Source of the DNA: a bacterium
Lineage (GTDB): Bacteria > Patescibacteriota > Microgenomatia > UBA12405
DNA length: 64,000 nucleotides
Direction of reading: 5' to 3'
NCBI GenBank assembly: GCA_021817905.1
Contig: JAKAFM010000002.1
Span: 3,807-67,806, forward strand
The first letter of the stretch is position 1, and every line of letters begins with the position of its first letter. Made by a program: the position numbers and the translations under genes. Shown piece after piece: positions 50,821-59,579 of the stretch. Under the pieces are notes generated by a model. The model was given only the letters and a program-made list of their open reading frames with translations, did no database searches and was not told where the DNA came from.

Positions 50821-50855
50821 TTTATTATAGCAAGTCTTCGGCTTTTATTTGGGTA
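50821..50855 (-). promoter_or_regulatory. uvrB promoter element (copy 2)
   Basis: TACCCAAATAAAA-N10-TGCTATAATAAA; TATAAT is 7 nt before the uvrB ATG. Confidence 0.7.
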
Positions 50856-51098
50856 TTAGATTGGAGAAACAACAATACGTCGAACTCTAACACTATGAAG
50901 ATGAAGATCCGGACCAACGTGTCGAACACGATATAGGGCTTCAGGAACTTCGGTATTATTTGGGTCAGTAACAATACTAATTCTTTGGCCTGGTTTTAAT
51001 TTTCCTTCAATTGTCGTAGTAGCAGTACCGGATTCGCCATTAGTGTTTAAAACACCTTCAATCATGGTGAGATGTGTTTCATAATTTTTATTTCTCAC
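50856..51098 (-). CDS. small hypothetical protein
   Basis: 80 aa, GTG start; upstream TTGCAT-17-TAAGCT with the -10 box 5 nt before the start. Confidence 0.6.
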   Translation of the reverse strand: MRNKNYETHLTMIEGVLNTNGESGTATTTIEGKLKPGQRISIVTDPNNTEVPEALYRVRHVGPDLHLHSVRVRRIVVSPI

Positions 51099-51169
51099 AC
51101 TTTAGCTTAGCACCATGAGAATAGTGATGCAAACAACTTGCATACTTTTAATTTGTGTTAGAGTGAAGT

Positions 51170-52243
51170 GTGCTATCAAAAGTGAGATCAATGGTTAGTT
51201 TAGGGCTAGAACCTACCGAGGTTGAGATTGAAGCTAATGTGGCCGAGAAAGGTTTTCCAGGATTTACAATTGTCGGGTTAGTTAGTAAGGCTAGTGAAGA
51301 ATCAAAAGAACGGATCAAGACGGCGTTGATTAATTCAGATATCGAATTTCCAAATGCAAAAATTACGGTTAATTTGGCTCCGGCAGATATTTCTAAAGAT
51401 GGACCTTATTATGATTTGCCAATTGCGATTGGCATTTTAGCATCTATCGGAGAAATACCTAGTCCAACTGAAGAGGCATATTATTATGGAGAATTATCAC
51501 TTGATGGTAGCCTGCGACACAGCAAAGGTGTTTTCCTGTTAGCATTATTAGCTAAAGAAAAAGGAGTTAAGTCAATTTATGTCCCCCGAACATCTGCCAA
51601 TGAAGGTAGCGTAATTGATGGAATTAACGTTTATCCTGTTGATACCATTAAAAATCTAATTCGCCATCTGAAGGGTGAAAAACGCATTATTCCTCTTACT
51701 TATGTTTCAACCGAAGACAGTTTATCGTCGATCGATCCGGAATTTGATTTTTCGGAAATTTATGGCCAGGAAACAGCCAAAAGAGCTTTGGAAATTGCAG
51801 CCGCTGGCGGACATAACATTTTAATGATCGGTAGCCCCGGTTCCGGGAAAACCATGCTGTCGCGGGCATTACCGGGAATTTTGCCGTCACTTTCAGAAAA
51901 AGAAAGTCTGGAAGTCACCAAAATTTTTTCGATAACTGGAAATATTCCTCCGGGAGGTTCATTAGTTAAGCACCGACCATTTCGTAGCCCACACCACACC
52001 ACATCACAAGTGGGATTAATTGGTGGTGGCTCGAATCCAAGACCTGGTGAGGTATCGTTGGCTCATCGAGGGGTTTTGTTTTTGGATGAATTTCCGGAAT
52101 TTAGTCGCGGAAGTCTCGAGGCGCTACGTCAACCAATGGAAGATGGTAAGGTGCTAATTTCGCGGGCAGCCGGGTCGGTGCAATTTCCTGCCCAGTTTAT
52201 GTTGGTGGCTGCGGCAAACCCATGCCCGTGTGGGTTAACATAG
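51170..52243 (+). pseudogene. comM: 3'-truncated ComM/YifB Mg-chelatase-like AAA+ ATPase
   Basis: 'ITVNLAPAD', Walker A 'GSPGSGKT', 'PFRSPHH', '[14 protein letters not shown]'; stops two codons after 'NPCPCG' at 357 aa, lacking the 'SGPLLDRID' region and C-terminal domain of ~500-aa homologs. Confidence 0.9.
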
Positions 52244-52306
52244 TTTATAGATAGTTAGGTGGCATGGCAGGTTTGTTACATTTAGGAAATAGAAAATACG
52301 ACTATA

Positions 52307-52552
52307 TCACTTTTCACTGATTTTTTTGATCAAATAAAAGGGAAAAGATAGGATAGCAAAAAATATGATTATTAATATAAACATCAACGGAAAATATATA
52401 ATTCCCTCTAATCCCGCTTGTTTATATCCAAGCCCCGCACATATCGTTAAACCAACTACCCCATAAGCTTTAAGATTTCGTCCTATTACTTCTTTCATCT
52501 GCTCGGAATACCAGTAATAAAAGCCCTTTTTGGTTGTTGGTGATTGAATCAT
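52307..52552 (-). CDS. small 2-TM hypothetical protein
   Basis: 81 aa, two hydrophobic helices, TAAGAT box upstream. Confidence 0.55.
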   Translation of the reverse strand: MIQSPTTKKGFYYWYSEQMKEVIGRNLKAYGVVGLTICAGLGYKQAGLEGIIYFPLMFILIIIFFAILSFPFYLIKKISEK

Positions 52553-52619
52553 TTCCTAAATCTTATCACCGCCCAAAAAGTAATTAGTTGGAGGTCGATA
52601 AGGATAAGGTAGTTAGACA

Positions 52620-52826
52620 TTATGGTTCTAAAACATTTTCACTTTGTTGAAGTGACCGATCAACCGAGCCAGGGCTGAAATGGACGACTCCAAAATAAGC
52701 CAGTATAAATAAAGTAATCATAAGAAGTGGTGGGACGATTAAGGCAATAAGAAGATATAAACCATAGTTTTTGTCGTTACTCTGTTCTGATTCATAATCG
52801 TAATATCCTTTATCCGGATCAGCCAT
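52620..52826 (-). CDS. small 1-TM hypothetical protein
   Basis: 68 aa, acidic N-terminus then a TM; overlaps the upstream ORF by 8 nt. Confidence 0.55.
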   Translation of the reverse strand: MADPDKGYYDYESEQSNDKNYGLYLLIALIVPPLLMITLFILAYFGVVHFSPGSVDRSLQQSENVLEP

Positions 52827-53070
52827 ATTGTTTTGATGTGAGTATTATAATTGTTAATGCCAGTAGTAACCAGAAACAGGTAGAAATTAATAAAGTATTA
52901 GGCGCATCAAGCATCATTTCACCAGCTAAACTTCCCTTTTTAATTATTTTTGTTGGGTAGTAATCCATAAGGTAATGAAATATGCCGAGAAGGAGATTGT
53001 AAAGCAATATCAATATTGTAAAAAAACCAATTACAGGTTGGATAAAAAACATATCTATTATTTCCAACAT
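52819..53070 (-). CDS. small 2-TM hypothetical protein
   Basis: 83 aa; TATGAT 6 nt before ATG. Confidence 0.55.
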   Translation of the reverse strand: MLEIIDMFFIQPVIGFFTILILLYNLLLGIFHYLMDYYPTKIIKKGSLAGEMMLDAPNTLLISTCFWLLLALTIIILTSKQYG

Positions 53071-53230
53071 AAGTGAATCATACCACCATTTCTCAAAACC
53101 GGCGGACGGTGGTGATCATATGATCAAACCTTCTCCTGGTCGCCAGTTTAGTGGTTAGATAGTTTCTTAGGGTTGTAGGTTTAGCCTTTGTTTTCTGTCC
53201 AGCCAGCCCTCGTCTGTGCGGGAGTGGGTG

Positions 53231-53545
53231 GGGCCGATCACCTCGAGTCAATCAGCCGGAAATCATTGGTTGCTGCAAAATAATAAAGCAATACTTGTAA
53301 CCTGTAGTAGTGATATATTGGATATTAATGAGTCGTCAAATGGTAATCAACTCAATTTATGGACTGATTATAACCAGGAGGAACTTATTATTGCCAAAGC
53401 GTTAGAGGCTGAGGCGTTATCGCTTGATGATTTGGTAAAGATTATTAAAAAGGACGTAGTTAGCCTGAGCAGTACCCTTGGTTTGATGACACTTAAAGGA
53501 TGGATTGTGGAATCTCAGGGGATGTTTCGACTTATCAAAAAATAA
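53231..53545 (+). pseudogene. dprA: 3' remnant of DprA (end of Rossmann domain + winged helix)
   Basis: 'GPITSSQSAGNHWLLQNNKAILVTCSSDIL' matches the DprA '(VP)G.I....S.G...L...A.LV....DI' segment, followed by a wHTH 'LSLDDL.......LSSTLGLMTLKGWI'; N-terminal two thirds absent. Confidence 0.8.
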
Positions 53546-53609
53546 ACGATCAGAAGAGAAGCGGGGTAGAGGGACAAACCGCCTACTCCATATCTCTCTT
53601 CTGATCGTT
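53545..53609. terminator. long hairpin between convergent genes (terminator or small RNA)
   Basis: Perfect 15-bp inverted repeat AACGATCAGAAGAGA / TCTCTTCTGATCGTT with an inner GGGGTAG/CTACTCC stem; T-rich tract after it on the minus strand. Confidence 0.6.
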
Positions 53610-53643
53610 AATATATATATTATATCCTATAACTATTGTTATG

Positions 53644-55293
53644 TCAAGCTTTTGTTTCTAGATCGACAATGCGACGAATGACGGCGCTGGTAGCAGCATA
53701 GGTAGGTTCAATGCCACGGGTAATAAGTGGAGTATCCCCCAAGGTTTGGACTAGTGGGTTGTCAGAGGCATAATTGATAATGCCAATTTCAAATGGAGTT
53801 TGGTTAATGTCGTAATTACCATCAAAAACGGACTGATCAGGATGTAAAAACTGATACATTGCGGCCAGATATGAACCTGATTCCATTTCAATAACGTTGT
53901 AGCCTCTGGCTAGATAGTTTTCCATTTGGCGACGATTTTCCAAATAGGTACCATGAAGAGAGAGGGCTTTTTGAGATTCGTGTGTTTTGACACCTGGTGT
54001 AGAAACCGGAAAGTGGTTAAAACAGTTGTCGAAGGAAAAAGTGGAGGCGGTTTTTTCATCAAGAACTACCCGCGGTATTTGTATATCTCCAATATTACCA
54101 TTAAGGATGGCTGCTTTACCTATAATATAGACACCTTTAACTTGTCGAAAAGTATTAAAAAAAGTTTTCAGTAAATAGAAGGCAGCTTGACCAAGTGGGT
54201 ATTCAATATTGATAATAATTGCGTTACTTTTTTTAAGTACATCAAGTGGTAGGTTATTAAGTAACGGGTCGGGATAAGCAAAATTAGGAATAGCATTGAG
54301 TGGGATAATTTGGGTTGAAGTGTCAAATGGACCTGTAGAGACAATCCGGCGTATTCCCTTTTCGGATTCCATTTGATCCCGAATTCGAATTTCATCGGGA
54401 TGATTATCTAAATATATTTTTGAAAGGTAATAGACAAGATCGTAGACACGGGTAGGATCATTATTGAGTTTGATATTTAACCATTGTTGATAAAGTTGGG
54501 GATAGTTTCCTTCGATGTAGTTAAAAACACGTGATTCAATCTGCCAAACATAGCCAGATATTAGATTTGTTAAGCTGTGGGTATTGGATGAGACGAAATA
54601 AACGGGAGTATTAAAGAGATCAAAGTAAAGCGATTCCCGCTGAAGTTGATCGACCCAAACTTTAAAACCCCAACTATAATCCACATCACTATTTGTAAGT
54701 TGGACTGACATTCCCGGATGGATACCCCATGAAGATAAACCCATCCTCCAATCATCTCCCATCAATCCCTTGAGTATGGAAAATTCCTCGGCATTTATCC
54801 CAAAGAGGTTGATTAATTCTGTCTCGTCGTATTGTTTCCGTTGTTTTTTTAAACATTCGTTGATTTTTTTTGTTTCAATTTCAATAGCAACAAGGGCATT
54901 AACAATATCGTCGATATCTGAGTCGGAAGTGATAACCAATACAAGGGTTCGACTAATGGAGTTGTAAAAACATAAACGTCGACGATTTTGGGCTTTAACT
55001 TTTTTCCAAACGTGAGAATTAGGTAAAATTAGTTGAAGTTGTTTTTCATCTTTTACCATAACCACCTGACTGGTATCACGTAATTCTTGGGGAAAACGAG
55101 TTAATGCATAATTAAGAGTGGCGACGTCAAGCCACGGTTCGGAGAGGCGGTGGTGAAGTGAAGGCATCATGGCCCGGTAAGTCGGAATAAAGTCAGAAAC
55201 ATTAACGACTTTGCCAGTTTTAAGGGCGTCGTAATACGTTCGCATGTGCGATTTAATGGAATCTTCGACGGCAAATATAAGTGGAGTTTCCAT
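53644..55293 (-). CDS. DUF6909-like protein with nucleoside-phosphorylase-like C-terminal domain
   Basis: 'MRTYY', 'PSLH', 'FVSSNTHS', 'NIEYPLG', 'IIGKAAILNG.IGDI', 'IEMESG', 'YASDNP'; family name recalled, not searched. Confidence 0.65.
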   Translation of the reverse strand: METPLIFAVEDSIKSHMRTYYDALKTGKVVNVSDFIPTYRAMMPSLHHRLSEPWLDVATLNYALTRFPQELRDTSQVVMVKDEKQLQLILPNSHVWKKVKAQNRRRLCFYNSISRTLVLVITSDSDIDDIVNALVAIEIETKKINECLKKQRKQYDETELINLFGINAEEFSILKGLMGDDWRMGLSSWGIHPGMSVQLTNSDVDYSWGFKVWVDQLQRESLYFDLFNTPVYFVSSNTHSLTNLISGYVWQIESRVFNYIEGNYPQLYQQWLNIKLNNDPTRVYDLVYYLSKIYLDNHPDEIRIRDQMESEKGIRRIVSTGPFDTSTQIIPLNAIPNFAYPDPLLNNLPLDVLKKSNAIIINIEYPLGQAAFYLLKTFFNTFRQVKGVYIIGKAAILNGNIGDIQIPRVVLDEKTASTFSFDNCFNHFPVSTPGVKTHESQKALSLHGTYLENRRQMENYLARGYNVIEMESGSYLAAMYQFLHPDQSVFDGNYDINQTPFEIGIINYASDNPLVQTLGDTPLITRGIEPTYAATSAVIRRIVDLETKA

Positions 55294-55295
55294 AA

Positions 55296-56435
55296 TTAAA
55301 GATAAGGAGTCCAGTCTGCGATCGGTGCAGTATTACCAATGACAAAATTTATGGCGTAAAGGAGAATAGCTGGAATTATAATAATTAAAGCAAAACGAAA
55401 AGCCTTAGTTTTAAGATGCGGCGCAAAGGCTAAAAAGAGAAAGGGATAGATAGGAGCAACGTAGCGACTAATGTCTCGATGGGCAACAAAAAGTGAGGCT
55501 GTTAAAAAAAGTATCGGAAAAATTGAGAGTATGTTCCATTTATATTTACCCCATAATCGGGCGCAACCATAAAGTCCCAAAAAAAAGATGTAAATGATAT
55601 CTTCAAGCCAAATGCCATTAACCCACGATTGGGAACTTATCAAAGATGTGAAAGGAAGAAGAGTTAAGTGGATATTATCACCACTATGAAAATAGGCGAA
55701 GAAATCACCGGTTTGAAGGTAATAAACATAAAATATTCCTAAACCGACCAATGGAACAAGCAAAAATGGAGCATATTTTTTAGCGACTAATGCAAATGCT
55801 TTTTTCTCGCCGATTAATTCGTATAAAGCCAGCAAATAGTAGCTGCCGACCAGAATAATACCCGGACTCTTGATTAATTGAACAGCAACGGCGGCTAATG
55901 CTGCCAAAAGGTATTTTCGTTGACGGAAAAAGATGATTGACCAGAGGCAAAAACCGACAAACAAGGTTTCGGGGGCTCCAATTTGGTGAAGAATAAACCA
56001 ACGACCAGGAAAAATAGTAAAAGCGGCGGTTAGGAAATAGGCATTTTTTTGGTTAATAATTTCTGATGCCAGCTTAAAAAAGGCAAAATTGACGATCAAG
56101 GTGCCAATAAGAGTGACCAAGAGCATCGCCACCGGTCCAGGGAGCAAAAGATTAAAAAGACTAATTAAGGCTGGATACCCTGGAAGATGAGCGGGGTAAT
56201 ATTCAAGTTTATTGGGAAGCGAAAAGTGGGTGCGGATGCAGTCTTTTACATAACCACATTTGGCGACGACCATATAGTTTGGGCCATCATAGTTGGCAAA
56301 AATTGTTTTAAGGGTAACATTGGGGTAACCAATCTTGGCAGGCAGGTTAAGGTGAAAAATTCCCCAAAAGGCAAAGCTAGGAATAACCGAAATTAGAAAA
56401 ATGATGAAATAAGCCCGAAATTTGTTACAATTCAT
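55296..56435 (-). CDS. GT-C membrane mannosyltransferase-like protein (PIG-V-like)
   Basis: 'NYDGPNY..VA..GY', 'HLPGYPAL', 'ETLF', multi-TM. Confidence 0.7.
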   Translation of the reverse strand: MNCNKFRAYFIIFLISVIPSFAFWGIFHLNLPAKIGYPNVTLKTIFANYDGPNYMVVAKCGYVKDCIRTHFSLPNKLEYYPAHLPGYPALISLFNLLLPGPVAMLLVTLIGTLIVNFAFFKLASEIINQKNAYFLTAAFTIFPGRWFILHQIGAPETLFVGFCLWSIIFFRQRKYLLAALAAVAVQLIKSPGIILVGSYYLLALYELIGEKKAFALVAKKYAPFLLVPLVGLGIFYVYYLQTGDFFAYFHSGDNIHLTLLPFTSLISSQSWVNGIWLEDIIYIFFLGLYGCARLWGKYKWNILSIFPILFLTASLFVAHRDISRYVAPIYPFLFLAFAPHLKTKAFRFALIIIIPAILLYAINFVIGNTAPIADWTPYL

Positions 56436-56457
56436 TACCTTATTCTACCCACACTAA

Positions 56458-56533
56458 GGCTCCATCGTCTAGTGGCCTAGGACGGCAGGTTCTCATCCTG
56501 TTAACCGGGGTTCAAATCCCCGTGGAGTCACCA
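56458..56533 (+). tRNA. tRNA-Glu (anticodon CTC)
   Basis: 76 nt; acceptor GGCTCCA/TGGAGTC, anticodon arm GCAGG-TTCTCAT-CCTGT, T arm CGGGG-TTCAAAT-CCCCG, encoded CCA. Confidence 0.97.
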
Positions 56534-56557
56534 AACGTTTATGTAACGGGTAATTAG

Positions 56558-57331
56558 CTACTTTTTAACTATAAATTCAGTAATAAGCTTCTTTTCAGTC
56601 TCGCCGACAACATAGGCTTTGACATTACAATATTTTTCGATCCCGGAATTGATTAGTTTTTCTTTAAGTAATTCGTCAACCTGAAAAAGCCCTGATGAAT
56701 TATTCATGGAAATGATTATTTCGATAGGGGTATCGTTATTGTCTTCAATTTCTACTTTATTGATAGCATAGGCTGAAAGTGAGTGAATATTGACTTCACC
56801 CTGTTCAAAAGGAATACGGGAACGACCTTCGGACATATCTAAAGCGTCAGCAACACGCATAATGCCGGCTTCAACCGTCTTTGGTTTACCATCGTCGCGG
56901 TGGTTTATGATGGCATGCTGGGTTTCTCCAATAATAATTATTTTTTCTCGGATAGGAAGAAAATCTAAAACTTGATCCATAACGCGCATACTCAAGAAAA
57001 GAGAATATTCTTCATGGCCACGACGGTTAATCATCATTCCCAAATCGTGAAAAAGTGAAGCCAGGACAACTACAACTTCGGCATGGTGGTTGGTTAAACC
57101 GAAATCTTTGACAATCCCCATTTCGACATGGTGTTTTTCTAATATTCGGCACATACGCAGTGCTCCATTGGCAACAATTTGAAAGTGAACCGGTCCATGG
57201 TCGGACCACCCCATTCGCTTAACCGCATTAGTATTAGTCATTTCCCACATGGTGGAGATTTCTTCGTTAGAGTTGACATTATTAATGACTTGTTCAAGCA
57301 AGTGATTATTGCCACACGGTATATTGATCAT
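56558..57331 (-). CDS. HD-domain metal-dependent phosphohydrolase
   Basis: 'SDHGPVH', 'LFHDLGM', 'RVADALDM..GRSR'. Confidence 0.88.
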   Translation of the reverse strand: MINIPCGNNHLLEQVINNVNSNEEISTMWEMTNTNAVKRMGWSDHGPVHFQIVANGALRMCRILEKHHVEMGIVKDFGLTNHHAEVVVVLASLFHDLGMMINRRGHEEYSLFLSMRVMDQVLDFLPIREKIIIIGETQHAIINHRDDGKPKTVEAGIMRVADALDMSEGRSRIPFEQGEVNIHSLSAYAINKVEIEDNNDTPIEIIISMNNSSGLFQVDELLKEKLINSGIEKYCNVKAYVVGETEKKLITEFIVKK

Positions 57332-57352
57332 GGGTAGTATTGTAGCAAATCC

Positions 57353-57808
57353 TTAAAAGGGCATTGAATCAGGAATGATGATGTCTTCAATCTTTTCGCC
57401 ACCCTGATCTTCTTTGGGATTATCAGTAGTTGGTGAACGATCTTGGCCGGGTAATTCGGGAATATCCCCTGAACTGCGACGATCAGTAAAGGGAATTACG
57501 GTCTCAGCGACAATTTCGCTAATATAGCGCTTAGTGCCATCCTTACCTTCATATTGACGATTATCAATACGGCCAACAATAGAAACTTTGGTTCCCTTTT
57601 TGACGGCATTGGAAATAAATTCTGCCTGTTTTCCCCAGACAATTATGTTATGAAAAGTAGGAATATCGGTCCATTGATCCCCTTTTTTAACGGAATGATT
57701 GGTGGCAACGCCAAAACTACAGACAGCGGAGCCACTCGGTGTGTATTTTAATTCCGGATCACGAGTAACGTTGCCGGTGATAATCGCCATGTTAATACTA
57801 AATGCCAT
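57353..57808 (-). CDS. ssb: single-stranded DNA-binding protein
   Basis: 'GNVTRDPELKYTPSG', 'FHNIIVWG', acidic tail ending 'DSMPF'. Confidence 0.97.
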   Translation of the reverse strand: MAFSINMAIITGNVTRDPELKYTPSGSAVCSFGVATNHSVKKGDQWTDIPTFHNIIVWGKQAEFISNAVKKGTKVSIVGRIDNRQYEGKDGTKRYISEIVAETVIPFTDRRSSGDIPELPGQDRSPTTDNPKEDQGGEKIEDIIIPDSMPF

Positions 57809-57852
57809 GTGTTTTTAATTAAATAAATAAAGTATGTTTAATTATACCGCGA

Positions 57853-59061
57853 CTATTGCATGGTAATTTTGTAGGTGATGCGAATACTACGCATCGTATA
57901 GTGATCAGTGAATGGGATATTGTGGCCGTTTTCAAGATAAGGGTCAAGCATTTGGTAATTACCATTAGATCCGCTAATTAGGGTGACGAAATGATCAGCC
58001 ATTGGTCCGTTATCGTAACTTATCCCAACGATAATGGGACGACCAGCGGCCAATTCACCATCAATTGGGGATGGGTCACGACTAAGTGAAGTACCATCAG
58101 CATAAACCGTTCTTTGTAAATATGCCGGAAAATAAGAGGCGAAATTAGCGGGATTACTATTTATCGTAACCGGATTAACATTTCTGTGACCAAAATGGGT
58201 AAAAACCATAGCCACATCTGTTAATAAACAGCCATCACTGGCCAAAGTATAACGCGTGCCATTTAACGGTAAGGCTCCCCACTGTGAATCACGCTGATTG
58301 TAATAACAACCCCATGAGTCACAATTGGTTTGATTGGAAAGCAAAGAGGCACCACCCTGGCTGTCGACGAAACGACCAAAATTGGCTAATTGAGCCTCTG
58401 CAGCAGCTAATAATTTAAGGTAGTTTGATTCGCTTCCCTGTGTTTGAGCGAGAAGATCTTTTTTATTGGCTTCTTGAGCACTTAAGCTCTTGGAAAGCGT
58501 GGTCAATTGTTTTTGAAGGGCATCTTTTTGTTGTTTTTCGTTTTCAAGTTCTTGTTTTTGAGCTTCAAAATCGTTTTGGGTAGTTTGAGCACTGACCATA
58601 AGTTGTTTGTCATGGCTTTGGGCTAGACGAAGATAGGTGAGCTTTTTAACATAGTTTTGCATGGAGTCAGAACTAAAAACAAAATTAAAAGTAGGCATTT
58701 TGCTGGCCTCATAAGTAGCGACAATTCTGGCTAATAAAACTTTGGCCATACTATTGAGTGATACTTCGAGATTGTTGATATTGTTGGTGGTTGTAACAAT
58801 ACTGGCATCGATGGCGATTATTTCTTTTTGTGTAGTTTGGATTTGATATTGAGTTAGTTGTATTTTACTGTTCATTAAGGCAATATCATTACTTAGTGAT
58901 TTTTCTTGACTTTGAAGGTTGCTGATCTGACGTTTGTAAATATCAATTTGATTTTCAATTTCGACTTTTCCAGGATCATCGGTGGGCGTTTGAGCCTTAG
59001 CCTTTTGAATTAAAAATAGGCCACAAAGACAGAATAGTACGATTAGTAAATATTTAGACAC
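57853..59061 (-). CDS. secreted coiled-coil protein with C39-like cysteine peptidase domain
   Basis: Signal peptide, PcsB/CwlO-like coiled coil, 'YYNQRDSQW', 'GCLLT', 'HFVTL', 'DPY'. Confidence 0.8.
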   Translation of the reverse strand: MSKYLLIVLFCLCGLFLIQKAKAQTPTDDPGKVEIENQIDIYKRQISNLQSQEKSLSNDIALMNSKIQLTQYQIQTTQKEIIAIDASIVTTTNNINNLEVSLNSMAKVLLARIVATYEASKMPTFNFVFSSDSMQNYVKKLTYLRLAQSHDKQLMVSAQTTQNDFEAQKQELENEKQQKDALQKQLTTLSKSLSAQEANKKDLLAQTQGSESNYLKLLAAAEAQLANFGRFVDSQGGASLLSNQTNCDSWGCYYNQRDSQWGALPLNGTRYTLASDGCLLTDVAMVFTHFGHRNVNPVTINSNPANFASYFPAYLQRTVYADGTSLSRDPSPIDGELAAGRPIIVGISYDNGPMADHFVTLISGSNGNYQMLDPYLENGHNIPFTDHYTMRSIRITYKITMQ

Positions 59062-59085
59062 TCTGTTAATTTTACAGGAGTTCGG

Positions 59086-59550
59086 CTATTTGATACCAAC
59101 AAGTTCGACTTCAAAAATAAGTGTGGCATTGGGAGGGATAAGATTGCCGGCACCTTGGGCTCCATAGGCCATCTCAGGAGGGATAGTTAGACGTCGCTTG
59201 CCACCAACTTGCATACCAATTACCCCTTTGTCCCAACCTTCGATTACCTGGCCAACTCCAATTTGAGTTTCAAAAGGTTGGTGACGGTCATAAGAACTGT
59301 CAAATTTGGTGCCATTTTCAAGGGTTCCAACATAATTAATAATAACAGTATCACCGGATTTAACTGCAGGGCCGGTGCCAATTTTAAGATCTTCAATCTT
59401 GAGTTGAGACATAGGTGGGGTGGGGGTAATTAATAATAGCGGATTGTTATTTAGTTGAGGAGCAGGTTTGGGATTTGATGACAAAAGGCTGTATAACCCA
59501 ATACCTAATAAGGCAATAATGGCAATGGTAAGCAGACTGTTTTTGGACAT
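59086..59550 (-). CDS. FKBP-type peptidyl-prolyl isomerase, N-terminal membrane anchor
   Basis: 'YVGTL.NG.KFDSS', 'VIEGWDKG', 'IPPEMAYG', 'IPPNATLIFEVEL'. Confidence 0.95.
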   Translation of the reverse strand: MSKNSLLTIAIIALLGIGLYSLLSSNPKPAPQLNNNPLLLITPTPPMSQLKIEDLKIGTGPAVKSGDTVIINYVGTLENGTKFDSSYDRHQPFETQIGVGQVIEGWDKGVIGMQVGGKRRLTIPPEMAYGAQGAGNLIPPNATLIFEVELVGIK

Positions 59551-59579
59551 AGTCTTACTTTACCATGAGATAATAAATA

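Noticed and set aside
52234-52306. Frameshift or read-through continuing comM
   Set aside because: No frame downstream gives the expected 'C.C....Y...SGPLLDRID' sequence; homology simply ends.
53216-53230. GTG 53216 as the start of an independent 109-aa gene
   Set aside because: From residue 6 onward it is the DprA C-terminus; the GTG is in the inserted DNA with no -10 box at the usual spacing, so it is treated as a remnant.
56458-56533. tRNA-Glu as an integration site
   Set aside because: No duplicated tRNA 3' end and no integrase seen in the window.
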